From Dicyema japonicum (lineage: Eukaryota; Animalia; Dicyemida): a stretch of 60,367 nucleotides of DNA. The notes under the pieces were generated by a model. That model had not been told where the DNA came from. It did not search any database and was given only the letters and a program-made list of their open reading frames with translations. Below are positions 48,921-60,367 of the stretch, in pieces (position 1 is the first letter of the stretch; the number at the start of each line of letters is the position of its first letter). The position numbers and the translations under genes are program-made. The stretch spans positions 705,830-766,196 of the forward strand of contig RDEW01000028.1 of assembly GCA_011109175.1 (NCBI GenBank), read 5' to 3'.

Positions 48921-50326
48921 CAGTCCCGTCCAAATGTTAGAGGCACCCTATTTTTTCCCTAAAAAAGGCACTTATTTGTCATTTTTTGAAAAAAGTTTTC
49001 TGTTAATAACAAACTATTGAATAAAAAATCTTAACCTAAAATTTTTGAGCACATTTAGTTTATAATGTGTATTTACTAAGAAACTCAAAATAATACATCG
49101 TTCATATGTTAGAGGCACATTTCAATAATGAAAGACAAAATTATCCAAAAATTTAATATTTAGTCATTCCTCCATTATTTATGACTACCGAAGATATTCT
49201 TCTTGGAATTGACTCAAAAAGCTTAATAACCACACCTGTATCAATGTTTTCCCAGGCCTTCTTTGTTTCATTCCATAATTCTTGAATCGTTGATGCTCCA
49301 CATTTTTTAACTTCTTTTTTTAAAATTGCCCATAGATTTTCAATTATATTTAAGTCAGGAGATTGACTTGGCCATTTTTCCATGAGTTTTATGTTGTTTT
49401 CGGCCATAAACGCTCTAGTGGATTTTGATGTATGACATGTTGCTCCATCTTGTTGAAGAAAATAATTTTCTTCATAAAAATTTTCAAATCCTTCTTTTAT
49501 AACGCGTTGATATTCGGCGGAGTCTACTGTTTTTCGGCAAAGGACAATTGATCTTTGCCCATTACTTTTAATTGCTCCCCATATCGTAATTGATAAAGGG
49601 AATTTCACAGTTTCAATTGAATATTCTTTCTGTAATTTTGATCCAGGGGGTCTTCTTATGTATTGCCTAGACATCTGATTTAACTGAATCCGGCATTCAT
49701 CAGAAAATATCACTAAATTCCAGTCGTCTTGATTCCACGGAATTTTAGTAAGACACCATGTATATCTTTTATCAACCTGAGACGCAGTCAATTTTGGTTT
49801 TTTCACTGCAATGCGTCCGAATAAATTGTTGCGTCTCAAAATTCGTTTAATTGTCGAAAGACTCACTTTTCTGGAAAAGTTACAGCATATAAGAAGATCG
49901 TTGGCGGTCATTTTTGGGTCTAATTTTGACATTCTGATAAGATAGCGTTCATCATTTTCGGTTAATTTTTTGTTCCTTCCCTTTTTTGGCATATCGTTAT
50001 ATAAATATCCGTGTAAAAATCGCTTTTTAATTTTTTGAATGGCACAACGAGAGATTCCCAAATCTTTGGATATTTTCACCTGAGATTCGCCACATTTTAA
50101 TTTTTCGATGACGAGAAACCTGTTATAAGCTGATACACGAGGCATTTGAATTTTTTAGGCATTTGTAGTTTAGAATTAATCATAATAAATTATTTTTATT
50201 TATTTATTTATTTTTTTTTGTAATTTCTTTTAAAAACTTAATTTATTCTTTAAAATCTTTCGAAAAAATTAATAAGTGCCTTTTTTAGGGAAAAAATAGG
50301 TGCCTCTAACATTTGGACGGGGACTG
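48921..50326 (-). mobile_element. Intact Tc1/mariner-superfamily transposon (DD35E)
   Basis: TA TSD on both sides, ~55-bp near-perfect TIRs CAGTCCCGTCCAAATGTTAGAGGCAC and a full ORF. Confidence 0.95.
49153..50145 (-). CDS. Tc1-like transposase, 330 aa
   Basis: N-terminal HTH region, FSDEC, QQDGATCH and WPSQSPDLNIIENLW. Confidence 0.95.
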   Translation of the reverse strand: MPRVSAYNRFLVIEKLKCGESQVKISKDLGISRCAIQKIKKRFLHGYLYNDMPKKGRNKKLTENDERYLIRMSKLDPKMTANDLLICCNFSRKVSLSTIKRILRRNNLFGRIAVKKPKLTASQVDKRYTWCLTKIPWNQDDWNLVIFSDECRIQLNQMSRQYIRRPPGSKLQKEYSIETVKFPLSITIWGAIKSNGQRSIVLCRKTVDSAEYQRVIKEGFENFYEENYFLQQDGATCHTSKSTRAFMAENNIKLMEKWPSQSPDLNIIENLWAILKKEVKKCGASTIQELWNETKKAWENIDTGVVIKLFESIPRRISSVVINNGGMTKY

Positions 50327-50760
50327 TAATATATTGCTGAATTTTTATTCTTTTCGGATTCCAGGCTTTCGGATTTCCTTGAAGTCTTAGGCGTGGGATT
50401 CGGGGAATCCTCCGTTATAGCTTCTGCTATTTTTGTCAAAGTTGATTCTTTACAGAGCTCTAAATCATACGTAAACGTAACTACGAGAAGAATTATATTT
50501 TAGCAAATAATATGAACTGCCTATAGCCTAATAACAGTTGACCCCTTCAGCATATTACTGTAATCTGCGTCATATTTCTTTCTGGATACATTTTGTTTAG
50601 GCGTAATGAAATTAATCGAGTTGTAGTATTAAATTGAATGAAGGTTTGCGACAATAAAATTCTATAAATAAGCGAGAGAGTCGTTAAACGTAGTTAAATA
50701 ATGGATTAGTAAATATTGTTATTCGTTTGTTAGTCCATGAAGGTTGTTACTGCTGGCATG

Positions 50761-51024
50761 TCAGGCTAGTCTCAGGTTGAAGAAGTAGTCGAATGGTGTA
50801 TACAGTGCGTGGGCCCAGTCGTAGTACCACCATGCTATTTCGATTAAAATATTATAATTCACAACTGTTTTTCGGCATTTTGGCCGCTTCAGAAAGGAAT
50901 TCCCGCCTGAGTTGTTGCCAGTACTCGTAATTGTAGTACCGTTTGTCGTGGCTGGGAATGAAGGAACTCGTCGAAAGGCGAAAACTCGTCAAAAGGAGAA
51001 TAACAATTATTCGACAATTAGCAT
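50761..51024 (-). CDS. Small secreted peptide-precursor-like protein (~79 aa, two exons)
   Basis: Hydrophobic N-terminus (RIIVILLLTSF), KR and RR sites, aromatic-rich peptides; a 28-nt GT-AG intron at 50835-50862 keeps the frame; needs a 1-nt correction just after the ATG. Confidence 0.5.
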
Positions 51025-51278
51025 TAAGTTGAAAATAAATTCATTTTGATATGCCTTTTTAATCTCTCTTATAAACACATGGAGTACTCATTTTACCTCC
51101 GATAAAATTTCCGAACGTCACAGTTCAAATCAAATTAATATCCATATGTTATTCCAACATATCCTACATTATTATTATCCATGACTTGCCTCGAATCTGC
51201 AGAGTGTTAGTTCAAATTAACTTTTATATCAAACTGCCAGTCAGACATCTGTTTTTAGAATAAGTTAACGTCACCCAA

Positions 51279-51620
51279 TTGGTATATTTATTCAAGTCAC
51301 GAAAGGATGGCATATTCAAGCCAGCAAAAGGCCTATTAACACCGATTGATGATTATATAAAGGTGAATAGATATAGTGGGGAAAATGAATGTTTATGGAG
51401 CAATCAGTATGGGAATAGAGTAATGTGTGAGAGGTTTCGTAGGCACTGGGCAAGTAAAGAAGTGCATGGCAATGCTCGAAAGGCATCCAAAGAAATCCGA
51501 CGTTGAGTATGACTAAAAAACTGATTGTGTATCTGTCGCATCTAAAAAAACAGATAATGGAGAGGAGACAGACGGGCATCCAACAGTGAACATCAAACTC
51601 TGCTAACATTGTGGATGGAA
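51279..51620 (+). pseudogene. Possible degenerate tyrosine-recombinase (Crypton-like) fragment
   Basis: DDYIKVNR...LWSNQYGNRV...FRRHWAS followed in another frame by GHPTVNI, loosely matching the tyrosine-recombinase box order. Confidence 0.25.
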
Positions 51621-51856
51621 CAGCAGAAGATGGCCAGGACGATATAAATCGAATTTAGAGTTATTTTCCAGGGTTCCGCCATCTAAACGAATTTTGTCCA
51701 GTCTCCGAAGAAGAGCACTAAAAGGGGAACATGGAATAAGATAATCCGTCGAATCAGTAGTGAAATAGCACATTAAACATTCCAATTATTATTTATCGAA
51801 CGTGTTCATAATAATTCTCGTTATATCTTAAGCAAGACAAACACAACAAACAGAAA

Positions 51857-54313
51857 TCAAGAAGGTTTATAATAGTACAAATCGAACGTCTCCAGGTCCC
51901 TTTCAACATATCCACGGCCAATCAGACGCTCAACAAGCTCCTTAACCTCGGATTCCTAGAGATAGCACGTCAAGTCGACCTCGATTTCGAACTTGACTAG
52001 ACGACTCAACTCCGTCAACACAGTGGGGTATCCCATACTCCTCTGGGATTTGAACATCATCACAGCGACAGCCTCCAACACGGAAATTCTGTCTTTGTGG
52101 ACATGACTCTCCCAGTCCCCTCGCAATGGAGTTCCCCCTCCACCACCGGCACTCTCACCCAGTTCCCAGAACAGTCAAAGTCCGAATTAAAAAAAATATT
52201 CACCATCCTCCTCACTCACAAGATAACTCCCGACTTAGTAAAGAGTCCCCAGCACTGCAGAGAGTACATCCCCTCCAGTCCACTCTCCTCGGCTATCTCA
52301 CGGAGACTCATCCTGTCGGCCCAATCAAACAACAAGAACACGGCAGCCTGAGGAAGGGTCATCTCCACCACTTTCATTCCTCCCTAAACAACTAACAACG
52401 AACTTTACCTCAAAATAAACGTGGAAAACACATTTATCCAGCCTGTTAATCCACGTCAACTTACAGGACTCTGCCGTGAGCCGATAGAACTCATCAAATC
52501 GGGCCCTCATGGCAATGAACTGAGGGTCAGTGGGCGATAGACAACCGACGGGGGGAGACGCAACTCGACGACTTCGGGATTCATCCACGTCGAACTGCCC
52601 CAACTGCCTGTGTAGACTGCCAGTGGATAGAACGGCCCACTCTCCGTCGACTTGAAAAACTCGTTGGTCTTTTTGAGGGCGGATTTGTAGTTTTTGAACA
52701 ACTTTCCCAATCCGTCGACCTGGAGTGATCCGATCTCTACACTTTGGCTGTGGGGGTGCCTTTCTTTAGTTTGCTGAACATCAAAATCTCGTCCTCCAGT
52801 GACCTGTACTCCCCGTAGATCAGTCTTTGACTTGTGTCGTTGATGTATCCGTTCATAAAGTCGTCAATTGCGTCTGAAACTCAGACTATCCAATACCCCG
52901 GAGACATGAAATGACGTAAATGCAGTCATCCACATGTTTCCGCAGATCACCCTCGTTCTTCTACATATACTAAACTGACATACCGCATTCCCCAGGAGTC
53001 GACAGATATATTTATCTACATGTCAGTAGGGAATGTACTGAGAATGACGGGGACAGTCTTGTGTACTGGACACAGTGCGTTCTCCACACACAAATGGACG
53101 TTCCTCTCGAGGTCGCTCGTGTCCTTGAAGACAGCCCGGACGAGGGAGAGGGCAGTGTTTATGACACCTACACTATTCGTCGGGAATACCAGAAAGCTTG
53201 GGGATGAACAAGTCCTCCAAACACTCATCCGAATTGAGAGAACGGACGACTCCTCCCAAACAGTTCTGCCAAGTCATCCCAACAACCCCAACACCAAAAT
53301 ACGCACACATTGAGTCCACCAACTGACTCTCCACCCCATGCTTTCTAAACAGTGTATCCAGTCTAGTAATGGTGATGACATCATTCTCCTCCATCAATAT
53401 TTCTAATCGTTTTCCCGTGAAATCTCGCACTCTCTCAGACACCAAGAGCGAGTGGATTCGACGGCCAAGACTAAATTAGTGGAGAAAAAGTACATTTCCC
53501 CGACATCTCGAAAACGGGCAAAACTCTTTTCTTCAGTCTCGATCCTGCCCTCAACATATTCGATAAGTCCGATAGTCTAGAACAGTAAAACCAGCCACCC
53601 ACACTCAGACGAGTGAACTTGTAGTCTGCCTCCTTCCTGAAATAGCCGTCCAGGGAGTCACAGAGTGAGTCGAGTGCGTAGGAGTCCTCAAGGTCCAGGG
53701 TTGTAAGGAGTTGGATTGCTTTGGAGGTCAGTTCGAAGTTCCTGCCATAATTCCGTTCTGCCCCGAGGAGTCCGTTGAGGGAGGCGAGGTATGAGGACTT
53801 GAGAGGACACACCACTCGGTCGACGAAATGGTCTCGGGATATCCTTAGGACTCCTCTTTAGGGGGAAATCAGTCGGTCGAACTCCACAAAGACCGAGGCG
53901 AGTAGTTCCTGTCAGTAAAAACAGTCCAATACAGTTTGTTTAAGGTAAAACGACCAGAATGAGGTCACTTTGTGCAGAAAGAACTCAAAAGAGGCAATCT
54001 CGGCCTGGAAATGGGGCATTTGTGCCTTACTGATTCGACATGTTGGATTTCCCTATGAAAGTGGTCTAGTCGTTGCTCGATTTGGGTGTCGAGAAGTTTT
54101 GACGAGTTGGTGACCCGTCCCCGTGGCGTGTATGACGTTGATTGCCTTGTAGGCCGCCCAGAGAGAGGGGAGGTCGTCGTTGTAGAGGACTGCGTGTATC
54201 AGTTGTTCTATAGTGTTCATCTGCTTCTCAGTGGACTCGGCATCCGAGGGTGGATATACGTCAGATTTAGTTGTGTAGGGACTTGCCCATCCTTCTGCTT
54301 TTGTGAACTTCAT
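51857..54313 (-). CDS. Divergent cullin; multi-exon
   Basis: VYTGSW, LRLPP, FDEFY...CKLTWINRL, EMTLPQAAVFLLF and a neddylation/WHB end EAVAVMMFKSQR...VERLIGRGYVERD...YYYKPS*. Confidence 0.85.
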
Positions 54314-54835
54314 CAAAATAGCTTTCCAAAATTTATTTAATTATTTAAAAACAAGTAAACAACTAAAATAAATTTATATTATAATATGTAATTGTCCTGA
54401 AAGCAAATAGAAACAACTCATAAGCAGTGTCATCAATTAACCTGTCAGGCATCATCATCTCAACGATAAGCAAACTTTTTCGATCGCAAGCCACATGTCC
54501 TTTTATGTGAAAATCAAGGGTTATTGATTGACCATAAGAAGGTAATCGATCACATGCGCATCAATCAATATTCAAAAATGGAATTTAACAAAAAACCCAC
54601 CCTCTTTTAAGAACTCTTCCTATGCTCAACCAGTGAATTGCTTATTCTTATCGATGAGTGAAACGGCCGCACTAGTCTAACCAAAAATCCGGAAATAGTC
54701 CGATTCGTGGATCTGTAATCCTCAAAAAATATTTTATTATTGAAAAATTGACAAAAGAATGAAGAAAATTTGGATCAGTTTACCCAAACGAACAATTCAA
54801 GGTCATTGTGAATTAAACATTCTAAACAGCAATAC

Positions 54836-55073
54836 GCCGGGGCGGCACAGTGGCTTGGGCTGTAGTGACTAAGGTCTCGGCTTCGAGTCTTGCCGTGCTC
54901 ATCCGGTGGAAGGTTCCATGCATCTACGATGATAAAAGGCTTGACGAGTAACGCCGTCATCAGTGAAAACTCACTGCGGAACCGGAGCGTCTATCTTGGG
55001 CTCACACGCAAGAAAAACAAGTAAAGATCTTTGGCCCTACCTACGATTAGTTAAAAAAAATCAACTCTTTCAC
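54836..55073 (+). mobile_element. tRNA-derived SINE copy (3' tail missing)
   Basis: GCCGGGGCGGCACAGTGGCTTGG head, TTCGAGTC B-box and a body matching the 30813 copy. Confidence 0.88.
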
Positions 55074-55280
55074 TGCTGGGCCATTATAAATGAACGAATG
55101 CCATTATAAATGTATAATTATTCGCAAAATTATCGCCACTGCATTAATAATCATAAATAATTGAGATTGCTCATCCAATTGTCACCTGATTTACAGGCAA
55201 ATCGAGCCCCAAGCTGATTAAATGTGCTCATAGACACATGTGGACCAGAATACATTTTATTAAGTTATCAGTCAATTAGC

Positions 55281-57101
55281 CTACCGAGTTTTCGTCCATT
55301 TTATATGCGTCTCTTCTCGTATATCTTGGAATATAGGATTTGCCCTGAAAAACTTTGGATTTATTTTATTCACATTTTTAATTGCATTCGCTTTTTCAAA
55401 ACATGCAGGTTCAGTCAGTTTGTTCATTGAGAGCGAACGGGAGTTTTTAGATTCCCATTTGACGTGCCTCTCCTCGACGATGGGATTTTTGGAATGTCGG
55501 TTATATGGACAGCGTTCTCGGTTCATCTCAACTTTGCTCAAAATATCGAATATTTCTTGGTCACTCCTTTTCTGTGGTCTTGGCTGAGGTCTTTGGGCCT
55601 TGTTTTCTCTACGAATTTTATCAGCCTTAATCTCCTAAACGAGTAAAGAACGATTTACCTCACAACACTTGGAAAATTTGATCAGAAAGACTTTTAAAAC
55701 ACCAAAAACCTCGCTAAAGTTGAATGTGTCGAGAGATTCACTAAAAAAATCAGCCAACTCCTTTTTTCTTTTTTCGTACTCCAAAAGTGAATTTTCTGTC
55801 TCTGCGATTTGTTTTTCCAGATTCTGCTGCATTAAATATTCAAACAACGAATTTAATGTTTGCAATTTGTTCTACAAATTCAGGATCGTTTTCAATTTGT
55901 TTAGTTTTGTCCACCACGTCCTCCAGTCGGTGCTTCAGGAGCTGAAACCCTTTTCTCGAGGTCTCGGTCGTAGCTCTGTCAGAATAAGCCAAATATCAAC
56001 TTTTCTACATTCACGAGTTTATTCACTTCATCTGTGAAGGACACATGTTTATCCTCCAAGTCCCACAGTCATAAATAACTCAAACCTCAACCAAGCAGTG
56101 CAGCAGATTGTACCCCATCCGATTGGTCTTGGTCTCCCACACCTGGTGGAGCGAGAATATGGAGAAGGCACTGGCATTTCCGTGACTCTTCCCCTCAAAA
56201 TATACAACATGGAGTACGTAGTTCAGGTAGTTGCCAATGACGAGTACTCGCATGAGCAAGTCGTGCAGTTCCTCGTTTCCGAGTATTGCTAGAACTGCGG
56301 CAGTAAATCATACCGTCACAGGCTTCGACAGTGAGCTCGACTGAGTCTTTGATGTGGCTGGTGGAGACTGCGAATTCTTCCACAAGCAGCATCGCCTCTA
56401 CGCGTATTTCATAGCTTTGATGTATGTTTTAAATTTACTTTTGTAACCGAATGAGCTTGGCCAGAAAAAGTTCGCCGTCCTCTAAGACGAGTCCATTTCT
56501 CACCCCTTCGGTTATAGCAGTGATCTATTGGTCGTGAGAGACAATTCTACCTCGTCGTGAGAAGGGAGTAGTGAAGACAAATCCTTTAGTTGGTCTCCAG
56601 TGAAACAATACGAGTCCCATTTAAAGATATTGGCGATTATATCATCGACGGGAATGCGGAACTGACGGACGAATATGTTCACACACAGACTCCTTTTAGA
56701 CTCGAGTAATTTAGACTATAATGTTAGGTTTGATCTACGCGAGGTTTCTTCATTTCGAACAAGCTTTGGACAGATCTGGCGTGGTCCTCGGCAAACATGT
56801 TCTCCATTTTCTGCCAATCCAGACTACTGACAATACTCCTGACTTTGTCTTGGTTTGACCAAAGCGATGTTGTGTTGATCCGTCTGTCTTCTATTTTCCT
56901 CCATCGTATACTTCGCAGTTTATTTGTCGGTTTAGGGACCATTTCCTTCTTCCTTGACTGATTTTTTGGACACCGGGAAAATAGTGGAGTCGGTGGGGGA
57001 GGAATTGGGTTGTGGAGGGACTGACTCGAAGGGGGAGACCCCGTCTGTTGGACAGGGAGTGGAGTGGAGGATGCAATGTCTTCAGTTTTGTCGTTGTAGC
57101 C
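55281..57101 (-). CDS. FH2-domain formin (INF2/FHDC1-like); 5' end in the gap
   Basis: Pro-rich FH1 tail, KLRSIRWRKI, LDSKRSLCVNIFVRQF, GNASAFSIFSL...TKTNRMGYNLLH and EVFGVLKVFLIKF. Confidence 0.9.
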
Positions 57102-57727
57102 NNNNNNNNNNNNNNNNNNNNNNNNNNNNNNNNNNNNNNNNNNNNNNNNNNNNNNNNNNNNNNNNNNNNNNNNNNNNNNNNNNNNNNNNNNNNNNNNNNN
57201 NNNNNNNNNNNNNNNNNNNNNNNNNNNNNNNNNNNNNNNNNNNNNNNNNNNNNNNNNNNNNNNNNNNNNNNNNNNNNNNNNNNNNNNNNNNNNNNNNNNN
57301 NNNNNNNNNNNNNNNNNNNNNNNNNNNNNNNNNNNNNNNNNNNNNNNNNNNNNNNNNNNNNNNNNNNNNNNNNNNNNNNNNNNNNNNNNNNNNNNNNNNN
57401 NNNNNNNNNNNNNNNNNNNNNNNNNNNNNNNNNNNNNNNNNNNNNNNNNNNNNNNNNNNNNNNNNNNNNNNNNNNNNNNNNNNNNNNNNNNNNNNNNNNN
57501 NNNNNNNNNNNNNNNNNNNNNNNNNNNNNNNNNNNNNNNNNNNNNNNNNNNNNNNNNNNNNNNNNNNNNNNNNNNNNNNNNNNNNNNNNNNNNNNNNNNN
57601 NNNNNNNNNNNNNNNNNNNNNNNNNNNNNNNNNNNNNNNNNNNNNNNNNNNNNNNNNNNNNNNNNNNNNNNNNNNNNNNNNNNNNNNNNNNNNNNNNNNN
57701 NNNNNNNNNNNNNNNNNNNNNNNNNNN
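57102..57727. other. Assembly gap
   Basis: Run of N. Confidence 1.
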
Positions 57728-57749
57728 AAAAAACATTATTGAGTAAACT

Positions 57750-59806
57750 ATTTGTTTGAGTATGTTCAATTAATCGGCTTTAGTACTCGGATTATTACTG
57801 GCTCTTTACCTGCTGTTGCAAGGGATCTCCTCTTTTCTGCAAATCTTACGGCTCTCCGCAAGAGTGATGGCGGATTACGTCCGATCGCAGTCGGAAATGT
57901 ATTCAGACCCCCGGCTTCCAAGATAATGTCACATCGTGTTATTCCGCAATTGAGCCAGGAGTTCTTGCCTTATCATTCGGCGTCGGTGTTAAAGGGGCTT
58001 GTGAAGCACTAGCCACGCCCCGCCAGTTTTCGTTTTCGAAGGCCAAAGAATGTTCTCTTCCTTTTTAAACTTGATGTCAAGAACGCTTTCAATAGCGTCA
58101 GGAGGGACCACATGCTTGAGGCAGTCGCTGAACGCTGCCCCGAGTTATTTCCAATAGTTTCTCCATGCCAAGCAGTCTGCTGTTTTCCGGGTAAGTCATA
58201 AGTCGGAATGTGGAATCCAGCAGGGTGATCCCCTCGGCCCTCTTTTATTCGCTGTTTGTGTGGATCATGTGGCAAGCAGCATTTCCTCGCCGGTGAATTT
58301 TTGGTATTTGGACGACGTCACTCTTGGCGGTCCTTTAGAAATAATTATGGAAGACTCCTCGAGGATAAAATCTGAATTCGCGAAAATTGGGCTTTCAATA
58401 AATGGTGATAAATGTGAAGTAGTCGGAATTTCGGAGCCACCACTTCAGAGTAATGCTTTTATGGTCTTTTCGGAGAGGATTGACGGCCTCCGTTTAACTG
58501 CCCTTGAATAACTTTGTGATTCTGGGTTCTCCTATTTGTGATAAGGGAGTTGCGAAGGCTATCGCCTCGCAACAAGAAAAGATTTTGGAAATGTGCACTC
58601 GAAAAGTCACCTTGAGTCTCGTTTGGGGCTATTCTTACCCAAAAACTTTCTTGTCATCCCATGGCTGACCTATTTGCTCCGCACATCTCCTTTTTACCGC
58701 TTACATCAAGAACTTGTGGCTTTGGATGACACTGTTGCTTTGTCATTACAATTCCTTCTGAATACTTTTTACTGAGGTGGGACGCTCTCGTGCTGCGCTC
58801 CCACTCCGCTTTGGGAGTATTGGGGTTCGTCTTGTGCAGATCTTGCCTTGCCGTACTATCTCTCCTCCTTGTCCGCTTCTGGAAATTTCGTCGCTCTGTT
58901 CTATAAACTCACTCGAACTCTGCGAGTTTACGAAATACCCTGTTGCTGTTCACGCCTGGAGATCGCTCGGACTTGATTTTCCGGAGATTCCTCCATACGG
59001 AAGAGTTGGGATGTCATCAGGTGTACACACCTGTTGGAGAGTCTTTGCTCGCAAGCTGATCAGATGCAGTTAGCTTCCTTGAACTGCGCCTGCAGCCTCG
59101 CTCTCCCTTGGCGTCCAATGGTCTACTTTGAAGGACGAGGTTGTTCGCATCGGAGTGTGTATCCGACTTGGGCTTGATATATGCCAACCGCACAGTTGTC
59201 GACGTGGTTTCATGATCCCTTCAAACGGAGATTACACGCCTTGTCCTTTAAGAGGATGTTGGCCGATTTCCGCGCCATGTTCTACTCAATGAAGTGATTA
59301 AAAGGGCATTTGATTTCACGGGATTCCCGTCTACCCTGGAACCGGTTGGTCTTTTTCGGGTGATGGTAAACGTTCCGACGGATGAATACACTCCCATTCA
59401 GTGGAGGTAGGTCTATCGTTTGGGACGTGACCTATGTGGATTCTCTGGCGGAGACGTTGTAGTCCAGGACGGCATGTACGCCAGGCTATGCTTGCGCGCT
59501 TGCGGAGGAAAAGAAATTATTGAAATACGCTCAGCTTTCGGAGATCTATGAGTTCGTGCCCCTCGCCTTTGAGACTACTGGCGTGGTCGTAAGCAGGCTG
59601 AAAAGTTGTACGCCTAGTAGGCGAGAAAATCGATTTAAACGCCAATGACCGGAGGGAGACGAGCTGGCTCTTCCAGCGAGTTTCGGTCTCAATTCTTCGC
59701 AGGAATTGACTCTCGATTCGCAGCGCGCCGTCGTTGGACTAAACCCTCAAGTCTGCAACACCCTTGTTATTTTCTTTTCTCTTGTTACTTGTTTCAAATA
59801 AAAAGT
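57750..59806 (+). mobile_element. CRE-clade RLE non-LTR retrotransposon (frameshifted)
   Basis: ALRKSDGGLRPIAVG, KLDVKNAFNS, GIQQGDPLGPLLF, WYLDDVTLGG, RH..LNEVIKRA, WDVT and FVPLAFETTG; AATAAA at the 3' end. Confidence 0.92.
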
Positions 59807-59807
59807 G

Positions 59808-60367
59808 TTATTATTATTATAACACATTCCGTGGGAACATAAACAAAGTTATAATCCCACACGTGTGACAAGCAAGACGATTTTCTGAACCATCCTAGTC
59901 CAGCCCCCTCTGTTATAGGCGAGAGCCCGTAGGGAATCCAGGTCGTCACCGTTTTGTAAGCTCTTACCAACGGAGGTGAGATCACTTCCCAAACTCCCGG
60001 GAGGATAAATCTCGGTCGTCCACGATATTTATCACCATACTCCATGAAGTATTCCTGCATTGCGAGATTTGCGGGAGTGGCTGGGCCCAGTCTCAAGATG
60101 TGCCCGAATAATTTCCAGCGGCCTGCCACAATTTCTGCAGTCAGCGGTGTAGCGTTGTAGTGTTTGTAGAGTGACTGATTATTGATTTTGGATGGCCAGT
60201 GAAGTCCGTGTAGAAGGCGCAGCTGCTTGCGGTGAAAGGAGGTAAAGCCTTGACCTGAGTTGGCGATTAACAGGCCGCGTTTGGAGCCATGTTTTGCGTA
60301 TTCTGCTCAGTGCCGCGGTAGCCAGCACTTTCTGCGGGTAATGTCTTCACTGTCTCCAAGCAGGGAA
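59808..60367 (-). mobile_element. RTE-like LINE 3' end
   Basis: GRWKLFGHILR and YRGRPR, 3' stem-loop and (TAA)n tail; same subfamily as 34215-36145. Confidence 0.88.

Noticed and set aside
48876-48921. GOLPH3 disrupted by the Tc1 insertion
   Set aside because: An N-gap separates them and no GOLPH3 3' exons follow the element, so the adjacency may be a scaffolding effect

Overview
AT-rich, transposon-dense eukaryotic (metazoan) genomic scaffold with four N-gaps. It is not prokaryotic: there are no CRISPR arrays, rRNA genes or operons. Compact host genes are split by very short GT-AG introns (24-30 nt in those measured). Together with animal-type genes, this suggests a highly reduced parasite such as a dicyemid; the taxon is an inference. 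Recognisable host genes are RPS27, a KIND+RasGEF (KNDC1-like) gene, MEX3, a CHCHD1/mS37-like gene, INTS3, reticulon, a COX8-like gene, an SLC35B 3' end, an ANP32-like gene, a GOLPH3 5' half, a divergent cullin and an FH2 formin, plus several orphan small ORFs. Roughly half the window is mobile DNA: RTE-like, ingi/I-like (one with a 2A StopGo motif), R4/Dong-like and CRE-like non-LTR retroelements; Tc1 (DD34E and an intact DD35E), pogo-like and hAT DNA elements; and a tRNA-derived SINE that shares its 3' tail with a local RTE LINE. Many conserved genes carry single-base homopolymer frameshifts that look like long-read assembly errors, so gene models are approximate. The most notable observations are a CHCHD1-like protein in which all four twin-CX9C cysteines appear replaced, a spliced neuropeptide-precursor-like orphan, a structured SINE/LINE pair with a compensatory base-pair change, and the ultra-short intron system. 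All homology calls come from motif recognition by eye, not from database searches.
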